From Myxococcota bacterium (lineage in GTDB: Bacteria; Myxococcota; XYA12-FULL-58-9; JABJBS01): a stretch of 46,091 bases of DNA. Below are positions 41,808 to 46,091 of the stretch, piece by piece. The notes beneath the pieces were generated by a model. That model saw only the letters and a list, made by a program, of their open reading frames with translations. It ran no database searches and was not told the DNA's origin. Both the position numbers and the translations under genes were made by a program. Position 1 is the stretch's first letter. Each line of letters begins with the position of its first letter. The stretch lies in the NCBI GenBank assembly GCA_036339465.1, contig JAYZAY010000003.1, forward strand, positions 1 to 46,091, written 5' to 3'.

Positions 41808-42721
41808 ATGAAGAAATCAAAACAAGACTATTCTCTTTGGCGACGACTATGTGGACCCTGCGAGGATAAGGACGCAGCGGATGAATCCTACCGTATGATC
41901 TCTTGGGTGCGTGTTTTGGTCTCCTATCCTTTTATTATTTTTCCTGCATGGGCGTCGGTTGATGTCTTTCTCTCAATCTCTCGCTATCCTGAATTGTCGT
42001 TGGTCTTTATAGATATATGGGTGGCAGGCCACGCGCTCTTGGTTATTGCGAGCTTATTGGCTTTCGGAGGTAGCTTGAATCTGACAGGGGAGCGAGGAAA
42101 TCAACTGATGCGTCACGCCACGTTGGCTTGTTGTATCCTTGAGGCATTCGTTTCATTGATGGTGGGATTTATTGTTGGAATTAATCATTACAGTCCCCAT
42201 TTTTTGTTGTTTCTGACTATTGTAGCTTACCGAACGATATTTCCATTTCGCTATGGGTTTTCCATCGTTGTCGTTACAAATATTGCACTTGTTAGCATCG
42301 GGAGTTGGATGTTCACCCTGCCGGGAATCCTTGAAATGATGTTTGAAACGACGGTGGGTGTTGAAATCAGAAAAGTTGAGTTTTTTGCTGGGCAACTGCT
42401 CTTTCCTATAGCGATTTTTATGCTTTTTTGGGCCGTGAATTATTTGGTCAATCAACGCAATATTATGGAGTCCTATTTAACGAATATAGTTTTGGCTCGC
42501 TATCTACCCGCGGAACTGGTCGCCGAGGCGGCTAGTATACCATTTTGGGACCGGCGGTTAATCTCGCTGCGCGTTTAGAGTCGGCCTGTGAGCCCGGTAA
42601 AATACTGGTCGGTGAACAAACAGCAAGACTGGTTGAAGATTCGTTTATGTTGAAGAAAGTAGGACCCTTTGACTTAAAGGGAGTGGGTAGCGATGTCTAT
42701 GCATGGGAAGTTATCGCTTAG
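41808..42721 (+). pseudogene. Membrane class III adenylate/guanylate cyclase with an internal deletion and frameshift
   Basis: A 6-TM region ends in VLARYLPAELV. From 42536 another frame reads YTILGPAVNLAARLESACEPGKILVGEQT...LKGV...AWEVIA*, the cyclase C-terminal half. The N-terminal catalytic motifs (FxDI, GD) are missing. Confidence 0.85.
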
Positions 42722-43037
42722 GCAGGAACTGAGCTGAGAGGTCTAAGCACGGACATGACTGATCTGTGCTGCTTTTCACATCGTCGTTTCTATCTGCGAC
42801 TCTGTTGCTAGGTGGTTCTGAGGTAAATCTCATTTAGCTCTTGGATAATACGAGGCGTTGGTGCATAACTCCCGATTTTCTGCTAATTGGGAGTTATGCA
42901 CCAATACCAGGCGACTATGAAGACGCAGGAAACAAGAAGGGGGTTGTGTGGGTTACTGACAGGTCGTGGCAACTTGGTTTGGGCGTCGTTAGGTGGGGTG
43001 GTATTGATTCAGCTTGCTGAGGGGGAGGGGCTCGTGA

Positions 43038-44522
43038 TTAGAGGAACAAATCCTCGAGTACGACGACGGCATCGACTAAATCCTCAGACCAGATATTCTG
43101 TTTCATTCCATGAGCGCAGATAAGAACAAGTTGGATCTGTTTCTTCGTTTTGGTGTGCTCCTCGAAGACTTGAAGCTTGTGTGCTAGCTGACGGGCATAG
43201 TCTTTCGAAATGACAAATGTCTCGTTCGAATACTTGATTTCGCAGAGTTGAATCACCCCATCACGACGGCGGAAAAGCATATCTACCTGAATTCCACGGG
43301 ATTCTTTCTGCCCCTTTTTCGGTATATACCGCCAACTTCCAACCCCGGTCACAAGCGATTCGACCCCAAGCTTCTTCTGAATGTTCTCGATATGCTTAAA
43401 GCAAAGAGCTTCAAAAGAATTCCCCGCCCAGGCTCGATAAGCAGGAGAGCTTTGAACTCCAAACCAATAGTTGCTCCCCGCCCTTTTAAAGGCGCTCTTG
43501 GGGGCTGAGCGAATCCATTTTAGGTAAAAGAGAATGTACTCATCTATAATTCGATAAGTAGGCTCCCGCTTGGTGTAACCATGAGTCTCAACCCGAGCCA
43601 GAAACCCCGATGCTTCCAGCTCATCCAACCGAGTTGCCAGCCTGCCGCCGGTACTCACCTTGGTTGCTTTGATGATTTCATTTCTGCTCAATCCGCCTCG
43701 TTTTTTAGCCACCGCCTCGATTATCTTGCTGTGAACCTCGCTCTCATTAAAAAGGGAGGCAAAGAGATGCTTGTACTCGTCGCTTAGGATTCCGTTAGGG
43801 CTGAAACATGCCTCGGAAATAGCTTGAGCAGCGGATTGCCCCTTTCGGATCTGCATCAAGTAATGAGGAATGCCCCCAAAGCACAAATAGACTTCAGTCA
43901 CTTGAGTCCGGTTTAGCTTGATTTTTCGATCTGCCAAAAACTCCTGGGCTTCACTTAAACTAAACGGCAACAAGCAAATTCGCCGCGTGACCCTATTGTA
44001 GAGCCCCCCTTTTGCGTGAACGAGATTGTTTAGCATCCACGATGCAGCACTCCCGCAAACCACCAACGATAAATTAGGTAATAGAGATAATCGAGTGTTC
44101 CACAGGTGGTCTAAAGCCTGTAAAAACCCGGAGCGATGAGTAGCAAGCCAAGGAAGTTCATCGAGGAAAATCCCTACCTTTTGACGCTTGGGAGTATTTT
44201 CAAGCTCTTCGGTCAGAGCTAATAAGGCAGCTCGCCAATTCTTTGGGCGTGTAATATGCTCCCCAAATACTCCAACCATTTCGCGATAGAAGTTCTCGAG
44301 CTGAATCGCTTTGGAAGCATCTTTTTCGCCCGTAACGGAGAAATAAAGCTGACAATTTTGCGTCAAAAATTCCCGCGCCAAATGTGTTTTTCCCACGCGC
44401 CGTCTGCCATATAACGCGATTAATTCGGCATTACCCGATGATAGTGCCTCTTGAAGAATGGCCTGTTCGGTGGCTCTTCCAGTAATTGTGGTCGCTTTCA
44501 TTATGCCAATATTAGCGGCCAT
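43038..44522 (-). CDS. Archaeal-type AAA ATPase with wHTH and C-terminal PD-(D/E)xK nuclease-like domain (COG1672/DUF234-like)
   Basis: ITGRATE, YGRRRVGKT, IFLDELPW, VVCGSA, GGIPHYL; C-terminal FEALC...QVDML...LCEIKY. Confidence 0.85.
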   Translation of the reverse strand: MAANIGIMKATTITGRATEQAILQEALSSGNAELIALYGRRRVGKTHLAREFLTQNCQLYFSVTGEKDASKAIQLENFYREMVGVFGEHITRPKNWRAALLALTEELENTPKRQKVGIFLDELPWLATHRSGFLQALDHLWNTRLSLLPNLSLVVCGSAASWMLNNLVHAKGGLYNRVTRRICLLPFSLSEAQEFLADRKIKLNRTQVTEVYLCFGGIPHYLMQIRKGQSAAQAISEACFSPNGILSDEYKHLFASLFNESEVHSKIIEAVAKKRGGLSRNEIIKATKVSTGGRLATRLDELEASGFLARVETHGYTKREPTYRIIDEYILFYLKWIRSAPKSAFKRAGSNYWFGVQSSPAYRAWAGNSFEALCFKHIENIQKKLGVESLVTGVGSWRYIPKKGQKESRGIQVDMLFRRRDGVIQLCEIKYSNETFVISKDYARQLAHKLQVFEEHTKTKKQIQLVLICAHGMKQNIWSEDLVDAVVVLEDLFL

Positions 44523-44684
44523 AACTTTTTACGTCAATAAAGTATGGCCGGAAATAGTTTAATGGTGGCCATAACTCAATTAGGTTTCAGGTTGTGGCCA
44601 CCATTATTGACTCAAAAGATGAACACGACAATTCAGTCATGGTGCCTGCTATTAACAGCCTTGGCAGGCTCGATGAATTGCGAG

Positions 44685-45402
44685 CTATAGTGGACCCCGA
44701 TTTTTGTACAGGTAGCTAAGCACAATACAGGGCGATTGAAGTTGCAACGAAAAAATGGAAACATTGATTAGGCAACGAAGGCTCCATTCTTGAGTTCATA
44801 CTTGTTTCCAAAATTAATTGGATTTAGATAGCCCGCATTTTGGCTGCTGTTTTGGCTGCTGCCTTTAAATGAAGAGCACAACTCCCTCCAAGAAAACCCA
44901 TCGGCACCGAGCAGCCAATCAAGGCATAGTGCCGGTTGCCAGGTAAGCGCGGCAGGACTGGACTCAGCAAACTGAACTATCTCCAAAGAAAAGAGAAGAG
45001 AGAAGAGGGAATAAGCAGGGTTATTGGTGGGACCCGGGATTTTGTCTCGAAGCGCTAGAGGATGTCTTGGAACAAGCAACGCCCCAGGTCTTTAACACCG
45101 AGCAGGACAGTCAATTCACCAGCATCGACTTCAGAGGACGTCTGAAGTAGGAGGGAATCAGAATGAGTATGGATGGAGTAGGCCGCACCTTAGACAACAT
45201 CTTTGTTGAACGGCTGTGGCGCTCGCTCAAGTATGCGGAGGTATACCTACAGGATTATGAGCATGTGGTTGACGCGATTTTTGGAATTGATAACTATTTT
45301 TATTTCTATAATGACCACAGACTTCACCAAGCGTTGAATTACCTCACGCCCGGCGAGGTCTATCATTCAAAGGATTTAGGGTCTGAATTTTTCTTGAATT
45401 AA
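44685..45402 (+). mobile_element. Degenerate IS3-family element remnant (C-terminus of the integrase core)
   Basis: PQVFNTEQDSQFTS...LK*EGIRMSMDGVGRTLDNIFVERLWRSLKY...YNDHRLHQALNYLTP, with TAG at 45148-45150. The left boundary (TAGTGGACCCC-like end) is tentative. Confidence 0.7.
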
Positions 45403-45404
45403 CT

Positions 45405-46091
45405 TCATTCGATTACCATACCAATATTACCACCCCAATCGAGAATCTCATCGGCAAATACGCCAGCAAAAAAAGCGGGGGCGAAGGTGACGGAAGCAAT
45501 GCACATGGCGATCACTCCAGCGGCGCCCAAGAAGGCGCTGGGGAGAATAAAAGTTGCCAATAGGGTGGCCACCGAGGCGACGAAGATCACGCCCATGGCG
45601 CGCTTGAATAAATATCGCCCCCAACTCTGTGGAGGGGGATCATCGGTTTCGGCTACAGGTTCAAGGCTAACCAGGTTTTGCGTGGGGTGGGTGGCGAGGG
45701 CGGCGTTTCGAGCTTTGGCAACCTGTGGGTTTAGCTCTGTTACGAGGGTTTGATTTCGGTAGCCTGTGGTCGCCAATTGGGCCCTTGAGAAAGGGGAGAT
45801 ACCGTTGTTTTGCCGAAAGAGTTTCTCCAGGGTGCTTTGGTTGTAGGTGCGACCGTCAGAGGCCACCACTGGGTGGGTCATCGTGTCGTAGGTGATGGGG
45901 TCTTCGAGGTGTGCGTCTTGGTCGCCTAGGGGGCTGGCAGAGAGGCGGTCGCGCATGTTTTGGTCGGGCCAGATTTTACTTGGGGTGACGGGGCGATTGT
46001 CGGTGGGGAGGTGACCGTGCTCGTTGACATAGGGGTAAATTGCGTCGGCGTTGTAGGTGAGGCCGTTTGGGGCAATGACCGGATCGGTTAA
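45405..46091 (-). CDS. Tandem U-box domain protein with a C-terminal transmembrane hairpin (5' end outside the window)
   Basis: The frame is open to the window edge. LTDPVIAPNGLTYNADAI...LPTDNRPV...IWPDQNMR is followed by LEDPITYDTMTHPVVASDGRTYNQSTL...SPFSRAQL...RNQTL and two hydrophobic helices. Confidence 0.75.
   Translation of the reverse strand, partial: LTDPVIAPNGLTYNADAIYPYVNEHGHLPTDNRPVTPSKIWPDQNMRDRLSASPLGDQDAHLEDPITYDTMTHPVVASDGRTYNQSTLEKLFRQNNGISPFSRAQLATTGYRNQTLVTELNPQVAKARNAALATHPTQNLVSLEPVAETDDPPPQSWGRYLFKRAMGVIFVASVATLLATFILPSAFLGAAGVIAMCIASVTFAPAFFAGVFADEILDWGGNIGMVIE

Noticed and set aside
3228..45150. Alternative genetic code to explain the in-frame stops
   Set aside because: The interruptions use three different codons (TAA, TGA, TAG), and all three also end intact genes in the window.

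Overview
A 46-kb window, probably from a deltaproteobacterial or Myxococcota-like genome (inferred from the DCDD-repeat lipoprotein, EGF-metzincin, HAE3 RND transporter and sigma54 promoter). 1-18.1 kb is a surface-glycosylation island with mixed gene orientations. It holds several glycosyltransferases, a GT41/OGT-like TPR protein, pseH/pseG/pseI and a probable GDP-deoxyheptose module (HddC, Cj1427-like C4-dehydrogenase, ColD-like PLP C3-dehydratase, Fcl-like reductase). 18.5-29 kb has Rhs and EGF-metalloprotease relics, an MMPL/RND transporter, a desaturase-like/SDR pair, and a stand-alone sigma54-driven gene with a T3SS tip-filament/needle-like (Bsp22/EspA-type) C-terminus. The most striking feature is at 30.9-35.0 kb: a parA gene followed 2 bp later by a 1003-aa winged-helix Rep-like gene, with no parB. 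About 2 kb of that gene is a phased array of about 18 palindromic 34-bp units (CTAAACYGRTCCTC-N6-GAGGATCAGTTAAG). It also carries 21-bp-spaced direct copies and an AT-rich hairpin, and the same DNA motif is read in several different frames. Strand composition appears by eye to change from C-rich to G-rich or neutral near this locus, consistent with an origin of a secondary replicon. The right end has accessory lipoproteins, a deleted adenylate cyclase, an ATPase-nuclease, an IS3 remnant and a tandem U-box membrane protein. All assignments are by eye and from recalled family motifs; no searches were run.
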